A stretch of DNA of 64,000 nt, taken from NCBI GenBank assembly GCA_902564025.1, contig CACEZK010000001.1:69819-133818 (forward strand). Direction: 5' to 3'. Positions 12,154-21,447 of the stretch are shown here, one piece after another. The notes beneath the pieces were generated by a model, which saw only the letters and a list, made by a program, of their open reading frames with translations, did not search any database and was not told the DNA's origin. The translations under genes were made by a program, and so were the position numbers. Source of the DNA: an uncultured Pelagibacteraceae bacterium. GTDB taxonomy: Bacteria > Pseudomonadota > Alphaproteobacteria > Pelagibacterales > AG-422-B15. Within the stretch, counting starts at the first letter, position 1, and each line of letters starts with the position of its first letter.

Positions 12154-13602
12154 ATGATTAACAAAATAATAGAGAATCAGTCCAATGACAGCCTCTTTTT
12201 CACTAGAAGCAATTTAGATAACTCTAAAGTTGATAAAATTGTATCAGATGCTTTGCACAAAGCAGACGATGGAGAACTATTCATGGAATTCTGTGAAAGT
12301 GAGAGCTTTGTATACGATGATCAAAGGCTAAAGAGTGCATCATTTGATACATCAAAGGGTTTTGGATTAAGGGCTATAGCCGGCGAAAGTTCAGGATACG
12401 CTCATTCATCCGATATTGATGAAAATGCTCTAAAAAAAGCCAGTGAAACAGTAAATTTTATTACAAAAGACCATAATGCAAATTTCAACGCTAACTTCTC
12501 AAAAACCAACCGTAAACTTTACAATGAGATCAATCCAATTAATGAAACTGAATTCTCAGAAAAAGTAGAAACTCTAAAAAAAATTGATGAATACGCGAGA
12601 TCAAAAAATCCAAATGTTAAGCAAGTTTCGGCTTCTCTAAACGGTGAATGGCAGGCCGTAAGAATTTATAGACCTGGTGGAATTATGATTGAAGATCTTC
12701 GCCCTCTAGTAAGACTTTATGTATCCATCGTTCTCGAAAAGGATGGACGTCAGGAAAATGGCAGCAGAGGCTCAGGTGGTAGAGTAGATTACTCAACTTT
12801 CTTAAATTCCTCTCATTGGCAAAATCAGGTAGATGAAGCAATCAATCAAGCCGAGATAAATCTTACTTCCGTTGACACACCTGCAGGTGAAATGGATGTA
12901 GTTCTTGGACCTGGTTACCCGGGTGTACTGCTACATGAAGCAATTGGACATGGACTTGAGGGTGATTTTAATAGGAAAAAAACCTCTGCATTCTCTAACC
13001 TTATGGGAGAAAAAATTGCAGACGAGTCAGTGACGGTTGTTGACGATGGAACAATTGACTCTCGTCGAGGGTCTCTAAGCGTTGATGATGAGGGTACACC
13101 AACTAATTGTACAACGTTAATTGAAAATGGAATTTTAACTGGTTACATGCAGGACAGATTAAACTCAAAACTGATGGGCGTTAATCCTACAGGGAATGGC
13201 AGAAGAGAAAGTTATGCTCACTTACCCATGCCTCGTATGACAAATACATATATGTTGTCGGGTAATCGCCATCCCGAAGAAATTTTAAAATCAGTTAAAA
13301 ATGGACTATACGCAGTTGATTTCGGCGGTGGCCAGGTTGACATAACAAGTGGCAAGTTTGTATTTACTTGTACTGAAGCATACAAAATAGAAAATGGCAA
13401 AGTTACAAACCCTGTAAAAGGTGCGACGCTTATTGGTAACGGTCCTGATGTGTTAAAAAGAGTTAAGATGGTTGGTAACGACTCAAAAATGGATACAGGT
13501 ATTGGAACGTGCGGTAAAGACGGTCAAAGTGTTCCGGTTGGAGTAGGTCAGCCTACTATGTTGATAGAAAATCTTACTGTTGGAGGTACGGCGACAGCTT
13601 AG
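12154..13602 (+). CDS. tldD: Metalloprotease TldD
   Basis: 482 aa with the 'HEAIGHGLEGD' zinc motif and TldD/PmbA-family C-terminus (GQPTMLIENLTVGG). Confidence 0.9.
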   Translation: MINKIIENQSNDSLFFTRSNLDNSKVDKIVSDALHKADDGELFMEFCESESFVYDDQRLKSASFDTSKGFGLRAIAGESSGYAHSSDIDENALKKASETVNFITKDHNANFNANFSKTNRKLYNEINPINETEFSEKVETLKKIDEYARSKNPNVKQVSASLNGEWQAVRIYRPGGIMIEDLRPLVRLYVSIVLEKDGRQENGSRGSGGRVDYSTFLNSSHWQNQVDEAINQAEINLTSVDTPAGEMDVVLGPGYPGVLLHEAIGHGLEGDFNRKKTSAFSNLMGEKIADESVTVVDDGTIDSRRGSLSVDDEGTPTNCTTLIENGILTGYMQDRLNSKLMGVNPTGNGRRESYAHLPMPRMTNTYMLSGNRHPEEILKSVKNGLYAVDFGGGQVDITSGKFVFTCTEAYKIENGKVTNPVKGATLIGNGPDVLKRVKMVGNDSKMDTGIGTCGKDGQSVPVGVGQPTMLIENLTVGGTATA

Positions 13603-15164
13603 CTTACTTGTCTTTCCTGATCCTTCCAATACGGTTCTCTCAATACTTTTTTTAGAACTTTGCCACTAGCATTTCTTGGAACCTCATCAATAAAATCTAC
13701 TGATTGGGGTTTTTTATAGCTTGCAATTCTGTCTTTACAGAAGCTTATCAAATCATCCTCAGTTACATTTGACCCCTCCTTTTTCACGATACAAGCTTTA
13801 ACTACTTCACCATATTTTTCGTCTGGAATACCAATGACTGCTGCATCAACAACATCAGGATGTGCAAATAAAGCTGCTTCAACTTCTGTTGAGTAAATAT
13901 TCTCACCTCCAGACACAATCATGTCTTTTATTCTATCTTGTATAAATACAAATCCTTCTTCATCCATTCGACCTGCATCACCTGTATGCATCCACCCGCC
14001 TTTAAGCGCTTTCTCACTTTCCTCTTTTTTATTCCAATAACCTTTCATGATTTGAGGTCCCTTTGCGCAGATCTGACCTATTTCTCCAATGGGAAGAGGG
14101 TTATCATTTTCATCTCTAATTTCAACTTGTGTATCAATTGCAGGTCTGCCGCATGATTTTAATAGCTCAGGTTTTTCATTGAGTGCACGAATATGTTCTT
14201 CTGGGGTCATTAAACAAATAACAGCTACCGTTTCTGTCATTCCAAAACCTTGTCCAAATTTACATTTAAAAACATCCATTGCTTTTTTGAGTGTTTCCGG
14301 GGCGATCGGTGAGGCTCCATAATGTATCTGATCTAAATCATTATATTCGTTGCTCGCAACATTTGGCACTGATACTAAGCAAGCTTGAATCATTGCGGGG
14401 ACTAAAACTGTATGCGTAATTTTTTCATTTGATAGACAGTCTACTACATCTTGCGGAATAAAATCCTCTTGAATAACTATTGTTCCACCTATTGCAATGC
14501 ATCCACACATATTAATCATTGCTGCAGCATGATACATTGGTGCCACCAAAAGAGTTCTCGAAGGCCTTGGTAAAGTTAAACTATTTAAATACTGTCTTAT
14601 GTTAGCAGCAACATTTCTTTGTAAAAGAACGGCGCCTTTTGGATGGCCTGTAGTACCGCTTGTGTACATTTGATATACGTCATCATTTTCATGGATTTTT
14701 AAAGTTGGTTTTTCATTCGAACTATCTGAAAGCCAATCATAAAAATCCTGAAATTTTTCGATACTGTTATCAAGGGATATAGAAATATATTTTTTTAAAT
14801 TTCTTAATTCTGATGAAATCTGATTTATTCTATTCGAATATTCATTACCTTTGACTATTATAAGTTTGGCTTCAGAGTCATTTATTATGTATGCCCACTC
14901 TTGGTCCGCTAAACGATAATTCAGTGGAACAGGTACAGCACCAACTTTTGATGCTGCGTAATACATAATTGCCATTTCAGTACAATTTTTTGCAAGAAAT
15001 GCAAATCTATCTCCAACTTCTAAACCCTCATAAACAAGTTTGTTGGCCAATTGATTGCTTAATAAATTTGCTTCTTGATAAGAAAGCGAATTTCCTTCAA
15101 ATTCAGAAAAGGGGAGATTAGGATTTTTATCTGCTCCATTTTCTAAATGCTCGTGTAATAACAT
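13599..15164 (-). CDS. AMP-dependent acyl-CoA synthetase/ligase (fatty-acid-CoA ligase-like)
   Basis: 'YTSGTTGHPKGAV' AMP-binding motif, 'GWMHTGDAG' and 'SGKVLKKVLR' C-terminal Lys motif. Confidence 0.8.
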   Translation of the reverse strand: MLLHEHLENGADKNPNLPFSEFEGNSLSYQEANLLSNQLANKLVYEGLEVGDRFAFLAKNCTEMAIMYYAASKVGAVPVPLNYRLADQEWAYIINDSEAKLIIVKGNEYSNRINQISSELRNLKKYISISLDNSIEKFQDFYDWLSDSSNEKPTLKIHENDDVYQMYTSGTTGHPKGAVLLQRNVAANIRQYLNSLTLPRPSRTLLVAPMYHAAAMINMCGCIAIGGTIVIQEDFIPQDVVDCLSNEKITHTVLVPAMIQACLVSVPNVASNEYNDLDQIHYGASPIAPETLKKAMDVFKCKFGQGFGMTETVAVICLMTPEEHIRALNEKPELLKSCGRPAIDTQVEIRDENDNPLPIGEIGQICAKGPQIMKGYWNKKEESEKALKGGWMHTGDAGRMDEEGFVFIQDRIKDMIVSGGENIYSTEVEAALFAHPDVVDAAVIGIPDEKYGEVVKACIVKKEGSNVTEDDLISFCKDRIASYKKPQSVDFIDEVPRNASGKVLKKVLREPYWKDQERQVS

Positions 15165-15200
15165 GAGAAAATTTTATATAATTATTTTTTTTCTACAAGC

Positions 15201-17378
15201 TCAATTAAAGAATGTATCTTTGAGCTTTTCACTTGCAAATAAATTAATTTGATCATCATAGTGCGGAGAACCCATGTTCATTGTAGCGCTTCCAAATTGG
15301 TGAATGCTTTTTGATACCTGTTTTTTATTTTCATCCCATTTTACATAGATATAAAGGCCGTCTCCAGCAACAGCTTTGAGTATACCATCATTGCTGCGTG
15401 GGGCGTAAATTGCCCTTAAAACATCGGGCCCTCCTTGAATGTGCACTAAATTTGACCCTCTCTCCAAGAAATTTACATCACTCCATTTTACACTTAATGT
15501 CCCAAAATTTTTCTCAAACTCATCAACACAATTAATGAATATGTCGATTGGATCTGGGCGTGGCTTTCTTGTTATTTCTGCCAACCATTCAGGAGACAAG
15601 ATACAAACTCCAAAAGCAGCATGTAAATTATCAGAGTCAGTTCCAAGATCCCAATCTCTCAAAAATTCTTGAGCATTTTTTAATTTATTTTCTGAAAATT
15701 CATGATTGAAAATTTCTTTCATAAACTTGTATTGTCTTGAATTGTAAGAAAACTTATTATCGTGTTTGTATTTATCAAGTTCACCAAATGATATTGATTT
15801 ATCAGGATCAAGAAGTTCGTAAGCTCTATATGCCCTGTTCGTTGTTCGTGTTTGAAAACCCATCGTTGGATTAAAGTTAGATAAAGATAAGTTATCTTCC
15901 TTAGCTGTAACAAAAAAAGGATTTTGATTGGTGCTAAATATATATCCTGAGCTTGGATTTAAGATCTGTGGAACACTCTCAAAAGGATGAAAATTCTTCC
16001 AAATTAAATCACTCTTATTTCCAGGTACCACTTGCTTCCAGTTATAGTTTGGGTCTCTTACTGGCGATTTAACATTATGAACAAAAAAAATATTATCTTC
16101 TTTATCGGCGTAAACTAAATTTAAACTAGCTAGCTGTTCCATTCTTAAGGCATCAAGCCATTCATCAATATTTTTTGATTTATTCATTTTGAGCCACGCA
16201 GTTGAGTGATTGACATCATCCATTCCTACAAACCTTAGAGCATAGGCTTTATTATCATCTTTCAAAACAGGTCCATGTACTGAATAATACATTTGTATAG
16301 GATATGTAATACTGAAAGGGCCAAACAGTTTAACTTTGAAATTTTGCTCCATTTCAGTGAGATTAACCCATGCACCATCTAGTTCATACTGATCATTATT
16401 CTCCGGATTAAGTTTTAATTCGTAAATATCAGATAAATCTGGCTGATTTACTGTAGCTCCCCAGCCGAGATGCTCATTAAAGCCAACATGTACAAATGGC
16501 GATCCTGGAAAAGTACCACCCATAATATTTAAACCTTCACCACTTTTTATATGAATTTCATACCAAGCTACTGGACCTGTTAATGGTTGATGTGAATTAA
16601 TGACAAGCATTGTCTCATTGTCTTGTGATCTACTTTTGGAAACGGCAAATGCGTTTGAACCTGATGGTTTAAAGTATGTATTTATGCTTGCAACTATTGG
16701 ATTATTGGATATTGCTTTCATGTTCATTGATACTTCCTCTTCTTTGCTATCCATTAAATTAATGAGTTCGGTTATTGAATGATCGATACCATAAAATAAT
16801 GGCATTCGAAATGTCATACCCGCAACCAAATCATATGCAGTAGCTGGATATAAAGATTGATCAACTAAGTGCGGATTTTTTGCAGCATAATAATTAAGTC
16901 CATCTGCATAACCTTTTATATAATTAATTGTCTCCTCAGGAATTTCTGAGATTTTTTTATTAACAGTTTCATTAACATTAAAAAACTTAAATAAAAAATC
17001 TAACTCTACTCCTTCAATTGCATCTAGGTTTTCCATTATGTCGCCATCACCAGTAATCAGTGAATAAATAGCTGCAAATGTTTTCGAATTAAAATTTAAA
17101 TTTGAGAGCTCCCCACGAGACATTTTAATCATCATCTCGATATGTTTTAAATCATCCTCTGCTTGTGCATAAGCGAATCCGAATGCTGCATCTTTATCCG
17201 TATCTCCATATACATGTGGCACTCCAAACTGGTCTCGTTCAATCTTGTAAGAATATTTTTTTTCTATTTCTAAAAAACTAGTTTGAGCAAAATTTTTAGT
17301 ATTATATTGATTGACTATTATCAGTGCTGTGACAAAAACTAGGGTTACTCCAAGAATTGAAAATAATAATTTGTTCAA
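15201..17378 (-). CDS. Penicillin/acyl-homoserine-lactone acylase family Ntn-hydrolase, membrane-anchored or secreted
   Basis: N-terminal hydrophobic anchor/signal, 'RDQFGVPHVYGDTDKDAAFGFAYAQAEDDL' and the predicted autoproteolytic nucleophile in 'PSGSNAFAVS'. 725 aa. Confidence 0.8.
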   Translation of the reverse strand: MNKLLFSILGVTLVFVTALIIVNQYNTKNFAQTSFLEIEKKYSYKIERDQFGVPHVYGDTDKDAAFGFAYAQAEDDLKHIEMMIKMSRGELSNLNFNSKTFAAIYSLITGDGDIMENLDAIEGVELDFLFKFFNVNETVNKKISEIPEETINYIKGYADGLNYYAAKNPHLVDQSLYPATAYDLVAGMTFRMPLFYGIDHSITELINLMDSKEEEVSMNMKAISNNPIVASINTYFKPSGSNAFAVSKSRSQDNETMLVINSHQPLTGPVAWYEIHIKSGEGLNIMGGTFPGSPFVHVGFNEHLGWGATVNQPDLSDIYELKLNPENNDQYELDGAWVNLTEMEQNFKVKLFGPFSITYPIQMYYSVHGPVLKDDNKAYALRFVGMDDVNHSTAWLKMNKSKNIDEWLDALRMEQLASLNLVYADKEDNIFFVHNVKSPVRDPNYNWKQVVPGNKSDLIWKNFHPFESVPQILNPSSGYIFSTNQNPFFVTAKEDNLSLSNFNPTMGFQTRTTNRAYRAYELLDPDKSISFGELDKYKHDNKFSYNSRQYKFMKEIFNHEFSENKLKNAQEFLRDWDLGTDSDNLHAAFGVCILSPEWLAEITRKPRPDPIDIFINCVDEFEKNFGTLSVKWSDVNFLERGSNLVHIQGGPDVLRAIYAPRSNDGILKAVAGDGLYIYVKWDENKKQVSKSIHQFGSATMNMGSPHYDDQINLFASEKLKDTFFN

Positions 17379-17380
17379 AA

Positions 17381-19042
17381 TTATGCAGCGTTTTTATCTT
17401 TGTAACTAACATGCTGAGATGGAAGGAATTCATTGCCAAGAATATGATCTGAAATTTTGTCAGCTATCATAATTGTAGGTGCGTTGGTGTTTCCACCAAT
17501 TAGAGTTGGCATTACAGACGCATCAACTACTCTTAAATTTTCGACACCTCTTACTCTTAATTTATCATCTACAACTGCAAATTCATCACTTCCCATTTTA
17601 CAAGTGCCAACTGGATGATAAATCGTTTCAGCAGCACTTCTAATGAATTCCTCTATTTCCTCATCTGTTTGAACATGAATACCTGGAGTTATTTCTTTAC
17701 CTCGGTATTCATCAAAAGCAGACTGGTTCACTATTTCTCGCGACATTTTCACACCTTTAATAAGAGTATCTCGATCTTTTTGAGTTGCGAAATAGTTTGG
17801 TTGTATAATTGGAGGCACTGAAGGATCCAATGATTTTAGAGCAATATAGCCTCTACTCTCAGGTCTGAGCTGACAAACATGATTACTAAACGCATGAGAG
17901 TCAGGTCTTGTTTTTCCATGATCCTTTAAAAGTGAACCAACAAAATGCATTTGTATGTCAGGAAGGTCAAGTGTGTCATCTGTCTTTAAAAATGATACAC
18001 CAGACAAACCGATATCATTTCCAGGGCCTTTTTTTGTTATCATCCATTGAGCCAAAATGGCCGCCATCCTAAATATTGCAAGTCCACCCGCTGTATATTT
18101 TGCTTCCGTTACTGGCTGTGTACACTCGTAGTGAGATAATACATCTAAATGGTCTTGTAAATTTTCACCTACTCCTGGAAGATCGGCTACAACTTTTAAT
18201 CCCCATTTTTTTATGTAATCTCCTTTACCTATTCCTGAAAGTTGTAATATCTGAGGTGAGTTAATAGCACCTCCGCATACAATTACTTCCCTTTCAGCGT
18301 AAGCTTTTATAATTTCTTTTCCTTTTAAATACTCAAGTCCAACGCATTTTGTACCCTCAAATAAAAGTTTATTGGTTGTTGAATTAGTTGCAATCGTTAA
18401 ATTTTTTCTGTCTTTAATAGGATTTAAAAATGAAAAACTTGTACTTGCTCTATAGCCTTTTGAAATCGTTTGTGGACATGGTCCAAAACCTTCATTATCG
18501 TATTGATTGATGTCTTCAATATATTTATAGCCTGCCTCTTTACCAGCATTTAAAAAACATCGATGTAGGGGGTTATTTGTAAACACTGGGTTTTGAACAC
18601 TTAATTCACCATCACTTCCATGAAATTCCGATGATCCGTTTTCATTTTTTTCAGCTCTTTTAAAATAAGGCAACACCTCCTCATAAGACCATCCTTCATT
18701 GCCAAGCTGTCTCCATATATCATAATCACGTGAATGACCTCTCACATAGAGCATTCCATTAATATTACTTGAACCACCCAAGCCCTTACCTCGAGGGAAG
18801 AAAAGTTTTCTATTGTTTAAATATGGTTGACCCTCTGTCCAATAGCCATAATTATAAAATTTACCAGCACCTTCGCCAGAAATTAGTTCAAGTACACCTG
18901 CTGGCATTTTAACAAACGGATGCCATGTAGTCCCACCAGCCTCAATTAAAAGAACTTTTATATCAGGATCTTTGGAGAGCCTATTCGCTAAAACGCAACC
19001 GGCTGAACCAGCTCCTGCAATTATGTAATCAAAGGTACTCAT
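17381..19042 (-). CDS. GMC family FAD oxidoreductase (alcohol/choline dehydrogenase-like, AlkJ-like)
   Basis: 'DYIIAGAGSAGCVLANRLS' FAD motif, 'GKGLGGSSNINGM', 'HPVGTCKMG'. It lacks the BetA-specific 'YETEPEPFMNNR' string found in the second GMC gene at 51512. Confidence 0.85.
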   Translation of the reverse strand: MSTFDYIIAGAGSAGCVLANRLSKDPDIKVLLIEAGGTTWHPFVKMPAGVLELISGEGAGKFYNYGYWTEGQPYLNNRKLFFPRGKGLGGSSNINGMLYVRGHSRDYDIWRQLGNEGWSYEEVLPYFKRAEKNENGSSEFHGSDGELSVQNPVFTNNPLHRCFLNAGKEAGYKYIEDINQYDNEGFGPCPQTISKGYRASTSFSFLNPIKDRKNLTIATNSTTNKLLFEGTKCVGLEYLKGKEIIKAYAEREVIVCGGAINSPQILQLSGIGKGDYIKKWGLKVVADLPGVGENLQDHLDVLSHYECTQPVTEAKYTAGGLAIFRMAAILAQWMITKKGPGNDIGLSGVSFLKTDDTLDLPDIQMHFVGSLLKDHGKTRPDSHAFSNHVCQLRPESRGYIALKSLDPSVPPIIQPNYFATQKDRDTLIKGVKMSREIVNQSAFDEYRGKEITPGIHVQTDEEIEEFIRSAAETIYHPVGTCKMGSDEFAVVDDKLRVRGVENLRVVDASVMPTLIGGNTNAPTIMIADKISDHILGNEFLPSQHVSYKDKNAA

Positions 19043-19569
19043 TAAATATTGTCTTCTTTTAAATTATCTCTAAATTTTTTCATATTTTCAACATAGTGAA
19101 AAGCACTAAGTTCAATTATCTTTTTTTCCATATCTGTCAATTCTCTTTTAACAGTTCCAGGAGATCCCACTATGAGGCTATTGTCAGGAAATTCTTTCCC
19201 CTCAGTAATTAGCGAATTAGCACCAACCAAACAATTATTTCCTATTTTTGCCTTATTTAAAACTGTTGAGCCCATTCCTATGAGAGAATTATTTCCTACT
19301 GAACAGCTATGTAAGATAACTTTATGACCTACTGTGACATTATCCCCTATCACTAATGGCATTCCATCATCCGTATGACAAACAGAATTATCTTGAATAT
19401 TAGAATTTTTACCAACAATTATTGGATCATTGTCACCCCTTAAAACAGCTCCAAACCATACACTTGCATTTTTTTTCAGTATAATGTCTCCTATCACAGA
19501 AGCACTTGGGGCTACCCAGAAGTCTGCATTATCTCGATTAATTTTTTTATCTCCAAGTGAATAGATCAT
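19042..19569 (-). CDS. Gamma-carbonic-anhydrase-like hexapeptide-repeat protein (YrdA/PaaY family)
   Basis: 175 aa left-handed beta-helix repeats. 'VWFGAVLRGDNDPIIVG' and 'NSVCHTD'. Confidence 0.85.
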   Translation of the reverse strand: MIYSLGDKKINRDNADFWVAPSASVIGDIILKKNASVWFGAVLRGDNDPIIVGKNSNIQDNSVCHTDDGMPLVIGDNVTVGHKVILHSCSVGNNSLIGMGSTVLNKAKIGNNCLVGANSLITEGKEFPDNSLIVGSPGTVKRELTDMEKKIIELSAFHYVENMKKFRDNLKEDNI

Positions 19570-19638
19570 ATCTTGTTATTTAGTTAAGTAAGAAATATAG
19601 TAAAGATAATTAGATATTTAGACAATAGAAAGAAAATT

Positions 19639-20199
19639 ATGGTCGCATTAGAAACCCCGATTTGTGATTTTGGTTGGATGGCACCGGAATTTAATCTTTT
19701 TGGCATCGATAACAAATACTATTCATTTAAGGATATTAAAGGCCCAAATGGAACGCTTGTAATGTTCATATGCAACCATTGTCCCTACGTGAAATCAGTA
19801 ATACATCGAATTGTTGAAGACATAACCATACTCAAAGAAAAAGGTATTGGTGCAATTGCAATAATGTCTAATGATGTAAATGATCCAAAATATGGTGAAG
19901 AAGACTCATTTGATAACATGAAGTTATTTTCTGAGAAAAATAATTTTGTATTTCCTTACGTTTATGACGAGACACAACATGTCGGACGTAAATATAATGC
20001 TGTTTGTACTCCTGATTTTTTTGGTTTTAATGCAAATAATGAACTTCAGTATAGAGGTAGACTTGAAGAATCTAAAATGGAGATAATTCCAGATGCAAAA
20101 AAAGAACTCTTAGAAGCAATGATACAAGTTTCAGAAACTGGGTCAGGTCCGAAGGATCAAATACCAAGCATTGGATGTTCAATAAAGTGGAAAGAATAA
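19639..20199 (+). CDS. Thioredoxin-fold (AhpC/TSA/redoxin-like) protein
   Basis: 186 aa with the 'FICNHCPYV' CxxC redox motif in a redoxin-like context. Confidence 0.65.
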   Translation: MVALETPICDFGWMAPEFNLFGIDNKYYSFKDIKGPNGTLVMFICNHCPYVKSVIHRIVEDITILKEKGIGAIAIMSNDVNDPKYGEEDSFDNMKLFSEKNNFVFPYVYDETQHVGRKYNAVCTPDFFGFNANNELQYRGRLEESKMEIIPDAKKELLEAMIQVSETGSGPKDQIPSIGCSIKWKE

Positions 20200-20209
20200 A
20201 GAAATTCAA

Positions 20210-21325
20210 GTGATCATCATCACAACTCAATGCTTTGCACCTAAAATTGGAGGTATTGAATCTCTAATGACTGGAATGGCAGATGCAATGGCGAGCAGTG
20301 GTGAAGATGTTTTGGTATTAGCAGACGGCATTGAAGAAAGTTCTGACAAATATAAAAAATATAAAATTAAAAGATTTTCAGGCTGGAAACCTCTAAGACG
20401 GTTAGAAAAAGCAAGATACGTTGAACAAGTTTGTAAAAACGAAATTGTTACAGCGATTTACGCTGACTCATGGAAAAGTATTGAATATTTAAGAAAAAAA
20501 AAGAAAAAAATATTAGTACTTGCTCATGGTACTGAAATTCCAAAACAGTATTGGACTATAATGCTTGATCTAATGAGGTTTAAAAAAAATAGAATTCAAA
20601 ATTCCTACAAAGACGTATATAAAATTTTAGCTAATTCTACTTATACTAAAGATCTCATGCAGGCCTCTCTTAAAATTAGTGAGAATTTAATTGAGGTAAT
20701 TCACCCTGGAATTGACGTATACAGTGATTTTATATCTATAAATGATAGGGAAAATGTCAGAAAAATAATAGGAAATGATAGTCCTGTCATTACTACACTT
20801 GCAAGAGTTGAAAAAAGAAAGGGTCATGAATTTATCTTAAAGGCACTTGTTCAAATAAAAGACAAATTTCCTAATATTTTATATTTAATAGCGGGAAAAG
20901 GTCCATATTTAGAATTCATCAAAAATCTTACAAAAAAATTGAAGCTTGAAGAAAACGTAAAATTTTTAGGTTGGATAACTGAACCAGAAAAATCTTTAAT
21001 CTTAGAAAATTCAGACTTGTTCGTCATGACTCCTACTACGGTTGGAGAGTCTGTTGAAGGATTTGGCATGGCCTATATCGATGCCTCATTTCATGGAGTA
21101 GCTGCGATTGGAAGTAATAGTGGCGGTATATCTGACGCAATAATAGATAATGAAACAGGAATGATTTGCGAAGCAGGTAATCAGGAAATGATTACAGAAA
21201 AAATATTATTTTTACTTGAGAACGATAATATAAGAAAACGAATAGGAGAAAAGGGTCGCATGAGAGCAAGAGAGAGTTATGCTTGGGGAAATAAAGTAAA
21301 GGAGTACTTAAAAGCATCTAAATAA
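20210..21325 (+). CDS. Glycosyltransferase family 4 (GT-B)
   Basis: GTG start. C-terminal GT1/GT4 domain with 'ESVEGFGMAYIDASFHGVAAIGSNSGGISDAIIDNETG'. Confidence 0.8.
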   Translation: MIIITTQCFAPKIGGIESLMTGMADAMASSGEDVLVLADGIEESSDKYKKYKIKRFSGWKPLRRLEKARYVEQVCKNEIVTAIYADSWKSIEYLRKKKKKILVLAHGTEIPKQYWTIMLDLMRFKKNRIQNSYKDVYKILANSTYTKDLMQASLKISENLIEVIHPGIDVYSDFISINDRENVRKIIGNDSPVITTLARVEKRKGHEFILKALVQIKDKFPNILYLIAGKGPYLEFIKNLTKKLKLEENVKFLGWITEPEKSLILENSDLFVMTPTTVGESVEGFGMAYIDASFHGVAAIGSNSGGISDAIIDNETGMICEAGNQEMITEKILFLLENDNIRKRIGEKGRMRARESYAWGNKVKEYLKASK

Positions 21326-21343
21326 TTGAATTTTAGAAATTCT

Positions 21344-21420
21344 TGGTAGCGGGAGAGGGATTTGAACCCCCGACCTAAGGATTATGATTCCTCCGCTCTA
21401 ACCAACTGAGCTACCCCGCC
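21344..21420 (-). tRNA. tRNA with CAU anticodon (elongator Met, or Ile2 if lysidine-modified)
   Basis: The reverse complement GGCGGGGTAGCTCAGTTGGTTAGAGCGGAGGAATCATAATCCTTAGGTCGGGGGTTCAAATCCCTCTCCCGCTACCA folds as a cloverleaf. Anticodon loop is A-U-CAU-A-A and the CCA end is encoded. It lacks the three G-C anticodon-stem pairs typical of initiator tRNA. Confidence 0.9.
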
Positions 21421-21447
21421 AAAGATGAGCCATAATATACAATATTA

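Noticed and set aside
20494-20510. A9-G-A7 homopolymer tract inside the GT4 glycosyltransferase as a possible slipped-strand phase-variation switch
   Set aside because: An equally long A9 run occurs inside the BBOX gene (46704-46712), and A/T runs of 7-9 nt are frequent throughout this AT-rich sequence. The tract simply encodes a Lys run. Without population data showing length polymorphism it is not distinguishable from background.
21326-21447. Integrated mobile element at the tRNA genes (this one, plus 25583-25781 and 37238-37347)
   Set aside because: I found no integrase, recombinase or transposase ORF anywhere in the window. I also saw no obvious duplicated tRNA 3' segment nearby. The flanking genes are mostly housekeeping.
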